A stretch of DNA of 64,000 nucleotides from Pseudothermotoga sp. (GCA_031962025.1 JAVRKW010000002.1), one strand, 5' to 3'. Positions 38,706 through 49,334 are shown, counted from the stretch's first letter. The notes: a model not told the origin generated them from the sequence alone. Numbers and translations are program-made.

Positions 38706-39076
38706 GGTTTAACCTCCTTATCACCTTTAATCAGTGAAATAGCGGTGGAAAAGTCGATTTGATTGGTTTCGAGTTGATCCAGGATATTCGAGTAGTTGTT
38801 CTGCTGTGGCGATGAATAACCAAGGTTTGCCAGAACTCTATTGAAATATGAATGCACTGTAGGGTAAGAAATTCCAAGTTTCTCTGCGACCTTTGTGAGA
38901 TTTCCTCTGTTTTTCAGATATATTCTGAGAAATTCTAAATCTTCTTCACACAGGCTGTTGAATTCATTGGGTGTGAATTGACCTTCGATTTTAGTATTGC
39001 ATTTTTTGCATCTGTAAGAAGTTACCACGACCTCGGAGTTGCAAACCGGGCATTTTGAAAAAAACCGGTTCATCAC
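38702..39076 (-). CDS. DUF2089 family protein (Zn ribbon + HTH)
   Basis: CPVC...C..C.T.IEG.F, GNL..V...LGISYPTV, C-terminal ILDQLE..QID..TAI.LI. Confidence 0.9.
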   Translation of the reverse strand: MMNRFFSKCPVCNSEVVVTSYRCKKCNTKIEGQFTPNEFNSLCEEDLEFLRIYLKNRGNLTKVAEKLGISYPTVHSYFNRVLANLGYSSPQQNNYSNILDQLETNQIDFSTAISLIKGDKEVKP

Positions 39077-39082
39077 TTCACC

Positions 39083-39598
39083 TCACACAATACCAATTTT
39101 GACTGTTGTACCTTCACTCTCAACGGTCACAAAATCCCCGGAAAAGCTCATTAGTTCGTCTATACAGGAAATGAAAACCTCCTGAAGAATCTGAAAGGTT
39201 TTCTCATCCAGTGAGATTTTGTTTTTGAAAGATTTGAAGATCAGCGGTAAAAGCGATCTTAAAAATGGTTTTAGCACAATGATGATTGAAAAAGGTATTG
39301 CGATCCTCACGTGAGTTGAATCGGCACTGTCATCAACCAGGATCAGAAATTTTTTTCCAGCAGGCGGGGTTATCATATTTTCAATCCACTCAAGATCCTC
39401 CGAGCTCAGTTTATCTTTCAACCTCTCTTTAATAACTTCCCTGATCTGTCTTGTTTTTTTGATAAGCTTTGCATGATGTGAGAATATTTCGGTTAATATG
39501 TAAACTCCAAGTGCGGTGAATATAATCCCAAAGAAAACCTTTGCCCCAAAAAATATCAGACAAACACCCGCCAAGACAAGAACTGCTGCCAGATACAT
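39083..39598 (-). CDS. Hypothetical protein, two N-terminal TM helices plus a cytoplasmic domain
   Basis: GGAGGTG RBS; hydrophobic hairpin at residues 1-37. Confidence 0.8.
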   Translation of the reverse strand: MYLAAVLVLAGVCLIFFGAKVFFGIIFTALGVYILTEIFSHHAKLIKKTRQIREVIKERLKDKLSSEDLEWIENMITPPAGKKFLILVDDSADSTHVRIAIPFSIIIVLKPFLRSLLPLIFKSFKNKISLDEKTFQILQEVFISCIDELMSFSGDFVTVESEGTTVKIGIV

Positions 39599-39727
39599 TC
39601 ACTCACCTCCAAAAAATCAAAGGACTACTTTATATTTTATCAAATCATATCTTATAATAATTGAAAACGGGAAATTTTCTGTGGTTTATTGTGTAATCTT
39701 AAAGTTTCAATATCTTAACTGAATGGG

Positions 39728-39736
39728 TGGTAAAAT
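39728..39736 (+). promoter_or_regulatory. Extended -10 promoter of the rplU operon
   Basis: TG-G-TAAAAT about 100 nt upstream of rplU. Confidence 0.55.
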
Positions 39737-39759
39737 ATCAAAGCGTAAAATTCACAAGA

Positions 39760-39816
39760 GCACTTGAAAAATGTGAGAAAGGCTCCTGTTGAGATGGGAG
39801 CTACATTTTTCAGTGC
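39760..39816 (+). promoter_or_regulatory. Long stem-loop in the rplU 5' UTR (candidate ribosomal protein leader)
   Basis: GCAC(T)TGAAAAATGT pairs with ACATTTTTCAGTGC; inner GGCTCC/GGAGCT stem; ends about 9 nt before AAGGAGGTG. Confidence 0.55.
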
Positions 39817-39838
39817 ATGTTGCCAAGGAGGTGAACGT

Positions 39839-40162
39839 GTGTACGCAATTATCGAAACAGGAGGCAAGCAGTACAAAGTTTGTGAAGGTGACACCATCGC
39901 TGTCGAAAAATTACCACAGCAGCAAGGAGAACAGGTTGTTTTCGAGCGAGTGCTTCATCTTTCGACCGATTCGAGTGCGAAGATAGGCAAACCTTATCTG
40001 CAGGGTTGTACAGTAGTTGGTACCGTACTGGGTCATGAAAGAGCCAGAAAGGTAACGATTGTGAAGTACAAATCTCGAAAGAACTATCGACGTGAGCGCG
40101 GACACAGACAGTGGTTTACACTGGTGAAGATTGAAAAAATACAGACCGGTGAAGCACAGTGA
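39839..40162 (+). CDS. rplU: 50S ribosomal protein L21
   Basis: MYAIIETGGKQYKV, GHRQWFT; GTG start after AGGAGGTG. Confidence 0.98.
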   Translation: MYAIIETGGKQYKVCEGDTIAVEKLPQQQGEQVVFERVLHLSTDSSAKIGKPYLQGCTVVGTVLGHERARKVTIVKYKSRKNYRRERGHRQWFTLVKIEKIQTGEAQ

Positions 40163-40494
40163 TAAAGGTTACATTTTACAGATCTTCTGAGCATTATCTT
40201 TCTTTCATTGCTCGTGGTCACAGTCATTTTGATGTTGAAGGTAAGGATATAGTATGTGCCGCAGTTAGTGCACTGGTTCAGCATACGGCTAGAATTCTCT
40301 CTGATCAGGGCGATGCGGTTGTTAAAAAATCAAAAGGAAGACTTGAGATATCCCTGAAGAATCAGAACGAACTATCGGATCTGTTGATAAACGAGCTGTA
40401 CAAAAGTCTGAGTGATTTGCAAGAGCAATTTCCTGCCAACCTTTCTGTGGAGGTGAATGTGGATGCGAATCGATATACAGATGTTCGCTCATAG
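40159..40494 (+). CDS. prp: Ribosomal-processing cysteine protease Prp
   Basis: GHS...DIVCAAVS His/Cys dyad; located between rplU and rpmA. Confidence 0.93.
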   Translation: MIKVTFYRSSEHYLSFIARGHSHFDVEGKDIVCAAVSALVQHTARILSDQGDAVVKKSKGRLEISLKNQNELSDLLINELYKSLSDLQEQFPANLSVEVNVDANRYTDVRS

Positions 40495-40732
40495 AAAAAG
40501 CGGGAGCACCAATGGTCGAGACAGTAGGCCGAAATATCTTGGTGTCAAAGTTGGAGATGGTCAAAAAGTTCTTGCCGGTAATATCATTGTCAGGCAAAGA
40601 GGAACTAAAATACATTCTGGTAAAAATGTTGGTTGCGGCAAGGATTTCACTCTCTATGCTTTAAAAGAAGGTATTGTGAGGTTCTATGTGAAAAACAACA
40701 AAAAATTCGTTGATGTTATACCTCAAGAGTGA
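40463..40732 (+). CDS. rpmA: 50S ribosomal protein L27 with N-terminal extension
   Basis: [31 protein letters not shown]. Confidence 0.98.
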   Translation: MRIDIQMFAHRKSGSTNGRDSRPKYLGVKVGDGQKVLAGNIIVRQRGTKIHSGKNVGCGKDFTLYALKEGIVRFYVKNNKKFVDVIPQE

Positions 40733-40744
40733 GGAGGAATTGTC

Positions 40745-41188
40745 ATGGCGCGTTCGTTTCCCATACAAAAGACCACAGTTGTTAGAGAAACCGGGAAAAA
40801 GTGGTATCTTGTCGATGCTTCAGGAAAAGTGCTTGGAAGGCTCGCAACTCAGATTGCAAAGTACCTTATGGGTAAAAATGAACCCACATTCTTTCCCGGA
40901 GTTGACACGGGAAATTATGTCGTTGTGATAAACGCTGAGAAGGTTGTTCTGACCGGTGATAAGCTTGACAAGAAGATATATTACCGCCATTCTGGATACC
41001 CTGGAGGATTGAAAGAAAACACCGCAAGACAGATTCTTGAAAAACATCCAGAAAGATTGATATACCTTGCTGTGAAAAGAATGCTTCCCAAGGCTGCGCT
41101 TGGAGATAAGTATCTAAAAAGGCTCAAAGTCTATGCAAAAAATGAACATCCACATGAGGCTCAAAATCCCCAGCCTTTGGAGCTTTGA
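40745..41188 (+). CDS. rplM: 50S ribosomal protein L13
   Basis: [33 protein letters not shown]. Confidence 0.99.
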   Translation: MARSFPIQKTTVVRETGKKWYLVDASGKVLGRLATQIAKYLMGKNEPTFFPGVDTGNYVVVINAEKVVLTGDKLDKKIYYRHSGYPGGLKENTARQILEKHPERLIYLAVKRMLPKAALGDKYLKRLKVYAKNEHPHEAQNPQPLEL

Positions 41189-41202
41189 TGGGAGGGTAAA
41201 CA

Positions 41203-41607
41203 ATGCCAGAGAATGTTGTCTATCACGGTTTGGGTAGGAGAAAGACTTCCGTAGCGAGAGTTTATCTCTTTCCCGGTCAGGGTAAGCTGACAATAAACGA
41301 TAAACCCTATAACTCTGCGCAGGAGTACTTTAAAGACCAGGTCAGGGCAAGGCAGGCTCTTGAGCCCCTGTTGCTCACAAAGATGAATGAGAAATTCGAT
41401 GTTTTCATAAGAGTTGAAGGAGGAGGTCTCTCGGGTCAAGCTGGTGCTGTGAGATTGGCACTTGCCCGTGCCCTGATTCAAGTCAATCCCGAGCTCAGAC
41501 CTACTCTGAAAGCTCAGGGTATGTTAACAAGAGATCCGCGCATGGTCGAAAGAAAGAAGTACGGTTTGAAAAAAGCTCGAAGGGCTCCACAGTACTCAAA
41601 ACGTTAA
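41203..41607 (+). CDS. rpsI: 30S ribosomal protein S9
   Basis: [39 protein letters not shown]. Confidence 0.99.
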   Translation: MPENVVYHGLGRRKTSVARVYLFPGQGKLTINDKPYNSAQEYFKDQVRARQALEPLLLTKMNEKFDVFIRVEGGGLSGQAGAVRLALARALIQVNPELRPTLKAQGMLTRDPRMVERKKYGLKKARRAPQYSKR

Positions 41608-41611
41608 TTTT

Positions 41612-41650
41612 GCGGGGTGTCGTACTCGACACCCTGTGTTGAACTTTTTT
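41612..41650 (+). terminator. Hairpin after rpsI (probable terminator)
   Basis: GCGGGGTGTCG-TACT-CGACACCCTGT, then a T-rich tract. Confidence 0.7.
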
Positions 41651-41762
41651 CTTCAAAATCAGTCTAAAAAATTTGGTATTAAGATCCCGCAAAGTATTAC
41701 CTTTCTGTCCGACGGGAGGAAGTTGTCTGATATCTTCTTTCTTGGGACATTAGAATTTCACA

Positions 41763-43436
41763 ATGGTGAGCAAAGAAATCATTGAGAGAATCAAGCGTGA
41801 GGTCGATATAGTTCAGGTCGTCTCACAATATGTTTCGTTGCAAAAAGTTGGTTCCAGCTACAGGGGATTGTGTCCATTTCACAGCGAGAAGACCCCATCT
41901 TTTCATGTCAATCCAACCCTTAAGCTCTACCACTGTTTTGGTTGCGGGGCTTCTGGTGATGTCATAAAATTCGTTCAGGAAATTGAACACATTTCTTTCT
42001 ACGATGCGCTCAAAAAACTCGGACAGATGGTTAACATACAGGTGGATTTCGACACAAAGCAATCTGCCAAAGAAAAGTACATCGATTTTCTCAATAAAGT
42101 TCATGCACAGTACAGAAAACAGCTCATGCAGAATAAAGAAGCGATGAAATACCTTTTTGATAGAGGTTTCAAACAAGAAGAAATTGAACAGTACGAATTT
42201 GGTTACTGCCCCGCTGGGTCAAAATTGACTTTAAAGGTTGCATCAGAACTCTCTATACCGCTTTCTAAGGTCTTTCAGTATGGTGTTGTGAAAACTGTTG
42301 CACATGAATATCTTGATCTTTTTGAAGGCAGGATAGTGATTCCTATAAAAGATGATCTTGGAAGAACCATAGCTTTTGGTGGAAGATCGATCGACAATCG
42401 CGAGCCGAAATATCTCAATTCTCCTGAGACAGAATATTTTTCAAAACGCTCGACGCTTTTTCTACTCGATAAAGCGAAAAAAGCCATCAAAGGTGTTGAC
42501 TTTGCAGTCATCACAGAAGGGTATTTCGATGCCATAGCATTCCACAGGGCTGGGATTACAAACGCTGTAGCAGTACTTGGAACGAATCTTTCCAAAGAAC
42601 ATCTGGTTAAACTCGGGGCTTTGAGCAGGAATGTAATACTCTGTTTCGACGCGGATGAAGCAGGACAGAGAGCAACTTTGAAATCTTTGAAAACACTGAT
42701 AGATATGTCCTTTGATGTGGCTGTCGCACTGTTTTCGCAGAAAGATCCAGATGAAGTTTTTAAAACAGAAGGCGCAGATGCTTTGAAAAGAGCATTGAAA
42801 AAAGCAGTATCTTTCGAAGAATACATAGTTGAGTTCTATTCAAAATTTTTTGATCTTTCTTCGCCTGCTGGTTCTGAGAAATTTTTAAACCAGCTGAAAG
42901 TATGGGTGCAATCTCTACTGAATACCCAGAGAATTCAAAGATATGAAAATCTGTTGAAGATGATATCAACAAAGGTGAAACTCTCAGTATCTCAGCTCAC
43001 TGAGTACTACAGGACTCAGGAATTTCAGAAAGAACAGGCTTCAAGGATAACCCTTCCAAATGACGAAGACTATTTGATTTACCTTTATATAACTCAAGAA
43101 GAACTGAGAAATGAACTGTCCAAGATAGACAAGTCTGTTATGAGCGAAAAAGCCAGAAAGGTTCTCGAACTGCTTGAAAGTGGCACTGATATTTCTGAGC
43201 AGGATGAAGAAATTAAAAAGTACATTTTTGATTTGTTATCGAAAATACCCCCGGGTGATTCATTGAAGATGCTTGAAGACATAAAAAAGCGTTTTGCAAG
43301 AAAAGCAATTGAAAAGCGTTTGTCACAGATAGACGGTAAACTTGCCAATTGCAAGAATGATGAAGAACGTGCAGAACTTTTAAAAGAAAGGTTGAATTTG
43401 ATTAGAACAATCGGAGGTGATCGAGGTGGAACGTGA
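41763..43436 (+). CDS. dnaG: DNA primase
   Basis: CPFH.EKTPSF...CFGC Zn finger, [29 protein letters not shown]. Confidence 0.98.
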   Translation: MVSKEIIERIKREVDIVQVVSQYVSLQKVGSSYRGLCPFHSEKTPSFHVNPTLKLYHCFGCGASGDVIKFVQEIEHISFYDALKKLGQMVNIQVDFDTKQSAKEKYIDFLNKVHAQYRKQLMQNKEAMKYLFDRGFKQEEIEQYEFGYCPAGSKLTLKVASELSIPLSKVFQYGVVKTVAHEYLDLFEGRIVIPIKDDLGRTIAFGGRSIDNREPKYLNSPETEYFSKRSTLFLLDKAKKAIKGVDFAVITEGYFDAIAFHRAGITNAVAVLGTNLSKEHLVKLGALSRNVILCFDADEAGQRATLKSLKTLIDMSFDVAVALFSQKDPDEVFKTEGADALKRALKKAVSFEEYIVEFYSKFFDLSSPAGSEKFLNQLKVWVQSLLNTQRIQRYENLLKMISTKVKLSVSQLTEYYRTQEFQKEQASRITLPNDEDYLIYLYITQEELRNELSKIDKSVMSEKARKVLELLESGTDISEQDEEIKKYIFDLLSKIPPGDSLKMLEDIKKRFARKAIEKRLSQIDGKLANCKNDEERAELLKERLNLIRTIGGDRGGT

Positions 43437-44604
43437 AGAAATCAAGGAAGAATTTGAGGAAAAATCCGAACAGAAGCCCACTATGACCAACGAGGAGATA
43501 GAAAAGAGGATAAAATCTCTCATAAGAACCGGTAAGAAAAAGGGATTTATAACGTATGATGACATAGATAAAGCCTTTCCACCAGATTACGAAGGTTTTG
43601 ATACCTCTCTAATAGAACGTATATACGAAGAACTGGAAAAAAACAAGATCAACATTCAGGATGCTGAACCCGAGTCCTTAGAGGATTTGGAAGACAGCAC
43701 CATAGAATCTGAAATTCCAAGCCTTTTAGAAGAAGGACCAGAGGTATATGACAACGTTGCCCTAAAAGATCCCATAAAGATGTATCTGCGTGAAATTGGG
43801 AAAATACCTCTGCTCACGCCTTCTCAGGAACGTGAGCTTGCAAGACGCGCACAGGCTGGCAATGAAAGGGCAAAAAGAAAGCTCGTTGAGTCAAACTTGA
43901 GACTGGTTGTGAGCATAGCCAAAAGGTACATAGGAAGAGGCTTGCCTTTTCTGGATTTGATTCAGGAAGGAAATATAGGACTGTTAAAGGCTGTGGAAAA
44001 ATTCGACTGGAGAAAAGGGTACAAATTCAGCACATACGCTACCTGGTGGATCAGACAGGCTATTACACGCGCCATAGCGGATCAGGCAAGAACCATAAGA
44101 ATACCGGTTCACATGGTCGAAACCATCAACAAACTCAACCGAATAACAAGAGAATATTATCAAAAATACGGTGAACAGCCATCGCTCGACGAACTTGCCA
44201 AACTCATGGATAGGCCAGTCGACAAAATCGAAGAGATACTTCAGGCTTCCAAGGAGACCGTTTCACTGGAAGCTCCTGTCGGTGAAGATGAAGATTCAAC
44301 TGTTGGAGATTTCGTGGCAGATGAAAACATAGCATCTCCAAAGAAGGAAGCCATGAGAATGCTGATGCGCGAAGAGCTCGAAAAGGTGCTCAAGACTCTC
44401 AATCCAAGAGAAGCCATGGTCCTGAAAATGAGATATGGATTGCTCGATGGAAAAGCCAAAACCCTGGAAGAAGTTGGTCAGTATTTCAATGTCACAAGAG
44501 AAAGGATCAGACAGATAGAAGTCAAGGCTCTGAGAAAACTGAGACATCCGTCCAGAAGTAAGTATTTGAAATCACTGTTCTCTCTGCTCGATCAGCAGGG
44601 ATGA
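43426..44604 (+). CDS. rpoD: RNA polymerase primary sigma factor
   Basis: [58 protein letters not shown] 43426 chosen from the RBS. Confidence 0.98.
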   Translation: MEREEIKEEFEEKSEQKPTMTNEEIEKRIKSLIRTGKKKGFITYDDIDKAFPPDYEGFDTSLIERIYEELEKNKINIQDAEPESLEDLEDSTIESEIPSLLEEGPEVYDNVALKDPIKMYLREIGKIPLLTPSQERELARRAQAGNERAKRKLVESNLRLVVSIAKRYIGRGLPFLDLIQEGNIGLLKAVEKFDWRKGYKFSTYATWWIRQAITRAIADQARTIRIPVHMVETINKLNRITREYYQKYGEQPSLDELAKLMDRPVDKIEEILQASKETVSLEAPVGEDEDSTVGDFVADENIASPKKEAMRMLMREELEKVLKTLNPREAMVLKMRYGLLDGKAKTLEEVGQYFNVTRERIRQIEVKALRKLRHPSRSKYLKSLFSLLDQQG

Positions 44605-44616
44605 GGTAAAATAATC

Positions 44617-45591
44617 ATGAGAGGTGGTGTGAAACTGACATCCAAGACAATTGAAGTTCCAGATAACGTCGATATGGTTGTTGTCTTAGGACAGTACGAC
44701 AACAGATTGAGATTTCTTAGAAAGAGATTTTCCGTAAACATAGACATTTCGGACAAAAAAATCACGGTGGCTGGCAATGACCAGACCATAGTTGAAACAG
44801 TTGAAAGTATACTCTCTCAAGTTGTTACCGCAGCCAAAAAAGGTTATGTCATGGATTGGAGTGAGTTCGAATCTCTGGTTGATTTGTATTCTTCTTGGGA
44901 TAGATCCTTGGCACAGAGTCCTCAAGAAAATATCCTGTCTGGCAGAATCAGACCCAAAACGAAGGGTCAGGCTGAATATGTCGAGGCAATGAGAAAATTC
45001 GATGTGGTGTTTGCAATCGGTCCTGCTGGGACGGGTAAGACATATCTTGCAGTAGCCATGGCTTTGGACTATCTCAAATCGGGAATTGTCCAGAGAATTA
45101 TACTCACAAGACCTGCTGTTGAAGCTGGTGAGAAACTCGGATTTTTACCTGGTGATCTGGTTGAAAAGGTGGATCCATATCTCAGACCAATCTACGATGC
45201 CATAATGGATATGATGCCTGCCGAGAAGTTTTACACCTACAGACAAAAAGGCATAATCGAGATTGCACCATTGGCTTTCATGCGCGGCAGAACATTGAAC
45301 AACTGCTTTGTCATACTCGATGAGGCTCAAAATGCGACTCACCAGCAGATGAAAATGTTTCTGACAAGAATTGGTTTCAACTCTAAAGCGGTCATCACAG
45401 GAGATGTAACTCAGATAGATATTGATAAAGGTAATTCGGGCTTGATAGAATGCGAGAACATTCTCAAAGGCATAGATGGCGTAGCGTTTGTCTACCTATC
45501 TGAGTCTGATATCGTCAGGCATCCTGTTGTCAAAGAGATCATCAAAGCCTATGAAAATTATGAAAGGAATAAACATGAAAAAAGCGGCTGA
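44617..45591 (+). CDS. phoH: PhoH family ATPase
   Basis: GPAGTGKT, RPAVEAGEKLGFLPG, RGRT, DEAQN, VRHP. Confidence 0.95.
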   Translation: MRGGVKLTSKTIEVPDNVDMVVVLGQYDNRLRFLRKRFSVNIDISDKKITVAGNDQTIVETVESILSQVVTAAKKGYVMDWSEFESLVDLYSSWDRSLAQSPQENILSGRIRPKTKGQAEYVEAMRKFDVVFAIGPAGTGKTYLAVAMALDYLKSGIVQRIILTRPAVEAGEKLGFLPGDLVEKVDPYLRPIYDAIMDMMPAEKFYTYRQKGIIEIAPLAFMRGRTLNNCFVILDEAQNATHQQMKMFLTRIGFNSKAVITGDVTQIDIDKGNSGLIECENILKGIDGVAFVYLSESDIVRHPVVKEIIKAYENYERNKHEKSG

Positions 45592-47005
45592 TTTCTTTAT
45601 TCGAAACTGGCTTGATTTTGTTGTTGTAATCCTGTGTTTTTTCCTGCTGAAATTACCTCACCTGCCAAATCTGTTCGTTCTGGTAAATGGTTACATCGCG
45701 GCGCTGTTTCTGTGGTTTGTGGTTGTCAAGCCACAGATCAACCAGAAGCCATTTATTCTGCACAGATCGTACTCTATTTTGTTTTATCTCATCATTTTGT
45801 CAGGTGCTCTTTTGGCGAGAGTTTTGACAGAGCAATTTGGCTCTTACATATCACCTTTTTTTATTCCAATCACTCTGGTTGCACTTTTATACAACAGAGA
45901 ACTGGCTATAGTGGCGTCGATTTATTTATCAGTGGTTTTTTCAACGGCTTTTGGATTCAACAGCATTGGATTTGCCATGATGTTAACCACCTGTCTGGTC
46001 ACAGCGGTGATGGGTTCAAAGATTGAAAAACGCATGCAGGTTGCAAAATCTGCCTTTTTCGTTGCTTTGATTTCGATAACCTTTTACCTGTTGCACAGTC
46101 GAATACAGGGCATGAAACCAGATTATTTACAGATTTTAATTGCTTTTTTCACACCTTTTATTTCTTCAATCATCTGCATAGGTCTTCTTCCATTCATAGA
46201 ATATGCGAGTATGATATATTCCAATATTGATCTGATAGAACTCGGTAATCTGAACAACCCTTTGTTGAAGACACTATCTTTGAGAGCTCCGGGTACTTAT
46301 TATCACTCCTCGATGGTTGCAAATCTCGCTGAAGCTGCGGCTCAGAGAATAGGTGCAAATGCCATCTTAGCAAGAACGGCATCGTATTTTCACGATGTCG
46401 GCAAAGCAAAAAGACCGTATTTCTATACCGAGAACATCTACCAGGAAAATCCTCACGATGAACTCAGTCCGAAGTTGAGTCATCTGATCATTCAGGATCA
46501 CGTTAAATCGGGTTTAGAGATGGCAAAAAGAAACAGATTACCACTCCTTGTACAGGATGTGATCCCACAGCACCATGGTACACGTGTGCAAAAGTATTTC
46601 TATAACAAATCAAAGGAACTTGGCGAACAGTTGAGCGAAAATGAATTTCGTTATCCCGGTCCAAAACCGCAGTTTAAAGAAGCAGGTATAATAATGTTAG
46701 CCGATGCAGTTGAAGCAGCTGCAAGGAGCCTGAAGAACCCTTCTGCAGGACGCGTCCAAACAATGGTTGAGGAGATAATATCAGGCATATACAACGAGAG
46801 AGAACTGGATGAATCCGGGTTGACTTTGAAGGACCTGGAAGCGATTGCAGAGGAATTCACCAAGGTTTTACTCAATATGTTCAAGAGCCGCATAGAATAT
46901 CCAAAAGAGGAAATAAAGAAGGTGATAAGCCTTGCCCAGAATTCAAATAATCAACAGGACAAAAAGTCCGGTAAACAGAACACTGATCAGGAAAGTGGCA
47001 AATGA
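45575..47005 (+). CDS. 7TM-HDIG membrane phosphohydrolase (PgpH/YqfF-like, without the large extracellular domain)
   Basis: Multiple TMs, then APGTYYHS, HDVGK, QHHGT, FRYPGPKP, MLADAVEAA; phoH-HD-ybeY order. Confidence 0.9.
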   Translation: MKKAADFFIRNWLDFVVVILCFFLLKLPHLPNLFVLVNGYIAALFLWFVVVKPQINQKPFILHRSYSILFYLIILSGALLARVLTEQFGSYISPFFIPITLVALLYNRELAIVASIYLSVVFSTAFGFNSIGFAMMLTTCLVTAVMGSKIEKRMQVAKSAFFVALISITFYLLHSRIQGMKPDYLQILIAFFTPFISSIICIGLLPFIEYASMIYSNIDLIELGNLNNPLLKTLSLRAPGTYYHSSMVANLAEAAAQRIGANAILARTASYFHDVGKAKRPYFYTENIYQENPHDELSPKLSHLIIQDHVKSGLEMAKRNRLPLLVQDVIPQHHGTRVQKYFYNKSKELGEQLSENEFRYPGPKPQFKEAGIIMLADAVEAAARSLKNPSAGRVQTMVEEIISGIYNERELDESGLTLKDLEAIAEEFTKVLLNMFKSRIEYPKEEIKKVISLAQNSNNQQDKKSGKQNTDQESGK

Positions 47006-47354
47006 GATTTTGAAAAATGAAATTGGCGAAGTGAAGGTGAACATAATTTTCATTGGAGAAAAACGCATGAGAGATCTCAACAAAAATTATAGAAAGATCG
47101 ATTCACCAACCGATGTGCTTACTTTTGTTTACAACGACATGGATCTATTTGGAGAGATATTCATCTGTCCAAAGCAGGTAGAGAAGAATGCGGAGAAATT
47201 CAGACAGCCTTATTTAACTGAACTGGTAAGGGTTGTGATACATTCCTGCCTTCATTTGAGTGGTTACGATCATGAATTGAGTGATAACAGATCAGAAGAA
47301 ATGTTTAACAAGCAGGAAAAATATCTAAAGGAGGTTGAAAAGCATGATCGTTAA
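46932..47354 (+). CDS. ybeY: rRNA maturation endoribonuclease YbeY
   Basis: LN..YR..D.PTDVLTF, GEIFI, H..LHL.GYDH. Confidence 0.96.
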   Translation: MPRIQIINRTKSPVNRTLIRKVANEILKNEIGEVKVNIIFIGEKRMRDLNKNYRKIDSPTDVLTFVYNDMDLFGEIFICPKQVEKNAEKFRQPYLTELVRVVIHSCLHLSGYDHELSDNRSEEMFNKQEKYLKEVEKHDR

Positions 47355-48579
47355 GCCATTCATGGCGTTGAGACCTAAGAAAGAGTTTGCCCAGAAAGTG
47401 GCTGTGAAACCATACGATGTGATAAGCTCTCAGGACGCAAAAAAGGTTGTGCAGAATAACCCGTATTCTTTTTACAAAGTGACAAAACCGGAAGTGAACT
47501 TCGACGAACAGGTCGAACCGTCTTCTGACAAGGCACTTGAAGCAGCAAAGAAAAATCTTCAATGGTTTGTTGATTCTGGGATCTTTTTCCAGGATCGTGA
47601 ATCTTTTTACATATACAAGCAAGTTGCAAAAGACCATACTCAAATAGGTTTGGTTGCGACCTTCTCAGTTGATGAATATCTCACAGACCGCATAAAAAAA
47701 CACGAACTGACCAGAAAAGACAAAGAGGAAGAAAGGGCAAAACACATAAATTATCTGAGAGCTCAAACCGGACCGGTTTTCCTGATGTACCGTTCCCGCG
47801 AGGAAATAGATAGTTATATAGAAAATCTCGCTCAGGGAGAACCTGAGTACGACTTTTTTGATGAAGATGGTATCAGACAGGTCGTGTACGTGATTCAGGA
47901 TAAAAAGGTTATTGAAAAGATAAAAACACTTTTTGGTACAGTCGACAGTTTTTACATAGCAGATGGTCATCACCGGGCTGCTTCTGCGGTAAGGGTTGCA
48001 CAGCTTCTCAGGCAGGAAAGTAAGACATTCACGGGGAACGAAGAGTACAATTTCTTCCTAGCAGTTCTTTTCCCGCACAGGCATCTACGCATATACGATT
48101 ACAATCGGGTTGTCAGAGATTTAAATGGTATGAGTGAACAGGAGTTTTTCTCAAAAATAGAAAAGGTTTTTGAGGTATCTCTTTCAAAAGAAGGTGCGTA
48201 CAGACCTCAGAAAAAACACGAGTTTGGAATGTATATAAATGGAAAATGGTACAGGCTGGTGCTGAGGAAAAATCTAATAGACGATTCTGATCCCATAAAA
48301 TCCTTGGATGTTTCAATCTTGCAGGAACATGTTTTAGATAGCATTCTTGGGATAAAAGACCCCAGAACCGATAAGAGGATAGATTTCATCGGTGGTATTC
48401 ACGGTTTACAGGCTTTACAGGACTATGTTGACAAAAAAGGCTGGGCAGTTGCATTTTCGCTCTATCCGACATCGATAGAAGATTTGATGAAAGTCTCGGA
48501 TTCTGGTAAGATAATGCCACCGAAATCGACCTGGTTTGAACCAAAATTGAAAAGTGGACTTTTTGTTCACTTGATTTGA
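47344..48579 (+). CDS. DUF1015 family protein
   Basis: PYDVI, IKKHELTR, YIADGHHRAASA, IMPPKSTWFEPKL.SGL. Confidence 0.9.
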   Translation: MIVKPFMALRPKKEFAQKVAVKPYDVISSQDAKKVVQNNPYSFYKVTKPEVNFDEQVEPSSDKALEAAKKNLQWFVDSGIFFQDRESFYIYKQVAKDHTQIGLVATFSVDEYLTDRIKKHELTRKDKEEERAKHINYLRAQTGPVFLMYRSREEIDSYIENLAQGEPEYDFFDEDGIRQVVYVIQDKKVIEKIKTLFGTVDSFYIADGHHRAASAVRVAQLLRQESKTFTGNEEYNFFLAVLFPHRHLRIYDYNRVVRDLNGMSEQEFFSKIEKVFEVSLSKEGAYRPQKKHEFGMYINGKWYRLVLRKNLIDDSDPIKSLDVSILQEHVLDSILGIKDPRTDKRIDFIGGIHGLQALQDYVDKKGWAVAFSLYPTSIEDLMKVSDSGKIMPPKSTWFEPKLKSGLFVHLI

Positions 48580-48642
48580 AGATTGAGCAAAGATTCGAAC
48601 GGTTTTCAAATGTGAAATGTCCTAATCGAAGGAGGTGAAATT

Positions 48643-49332
48643 GTGTTCTTTTATGATCCGACTTTCATACTTCTCATACCTGCACTGTTACTGGCTGTAT
48701 GGGCTCAAATCAAGGTCAGTGCTGCTTTCTCCGAATATTCAAAAGTGAGATCTTCCACGGGCTTCACTGGCAGTCAGCTTGCCATGAGGTTACTTGATAG
48801 TGCTGGCATCTACGATGTGCGAGTTGAATCGATGCCCGGGCATCTGACAGACCATTACGATCCGAGAGTAAAGGTTGTGAGGCTTTCCGCTTCCACTTAT
48901 GCAAGTCCTTCTGTGGCTGCTCTCGGTGTTGTTGCTCATGAGATCGGTCATGCGATCCAGCATGCTCAGAAAAACCCGGCTCTTGTATTTCGAACAATTC
49001 TCGCACCGGTTGCCAATCTAGGATCGTCCCTTGCTTGGATCCTGTTCATCATGGGACTTATCTTTGCACTGCCTGCGCTGTGGCAGTTTGGTATCATACT
49101 CTTTTCTTTGGCTGTGCTGTTCAGTTTGATCACACTGCCCGTGGAATACGATGCGAGCAAAAAAGCGATGAAGTTGCTTAAAGAAAACATCATGATGTCT
49201 GAAGAGGAACTTAAAGGAGTCAGAAAGGTCCTGAGTGCAGCAGCCTTGACGTATGTCGCAGCAACCGCTATGTCTGTTTTACAGCTTTTGAGAATGCTCC
49301 TAATTGCCGGTGCATTCGGCAGAAGAGACTGA
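48643..49332 (+). CDS. Membrane zinc metallopeptidase (YugP-like)
   Basis: LTDHYDP, AHEIGHAIQH, TLPVEYDAS, AAALTYVA. Confidence 0.92.
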   Translation: MFFYDPTFILLIPALLLAVWAQIKVSAAFSEYSKVRSSTGFTGSQLAMRLLDSAGIYDVRVESMPGHLTDHYDPRVKVVRLSASTYASPSVAALGVVAHEIGHAIQHAQKNPALVFRTILAPVANLGSSLAWILFIMGLIFALPALWQFGIILFSLAVLFSLITLPVEYDASKKAMKLLKENIMMSEEELKGVRKVLSAAALTYVAATAMSVLQLLRMLLIAGAFGRRD

Positions 49333-49334
49333 GA

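Noticed and set aside
41670..41750. c-di-GMP-I riboswitch suggested by CGCAAAG
   Set aside because: No upstream GGCAAA/GAAA-tetraloop P2 stem or matching P3.
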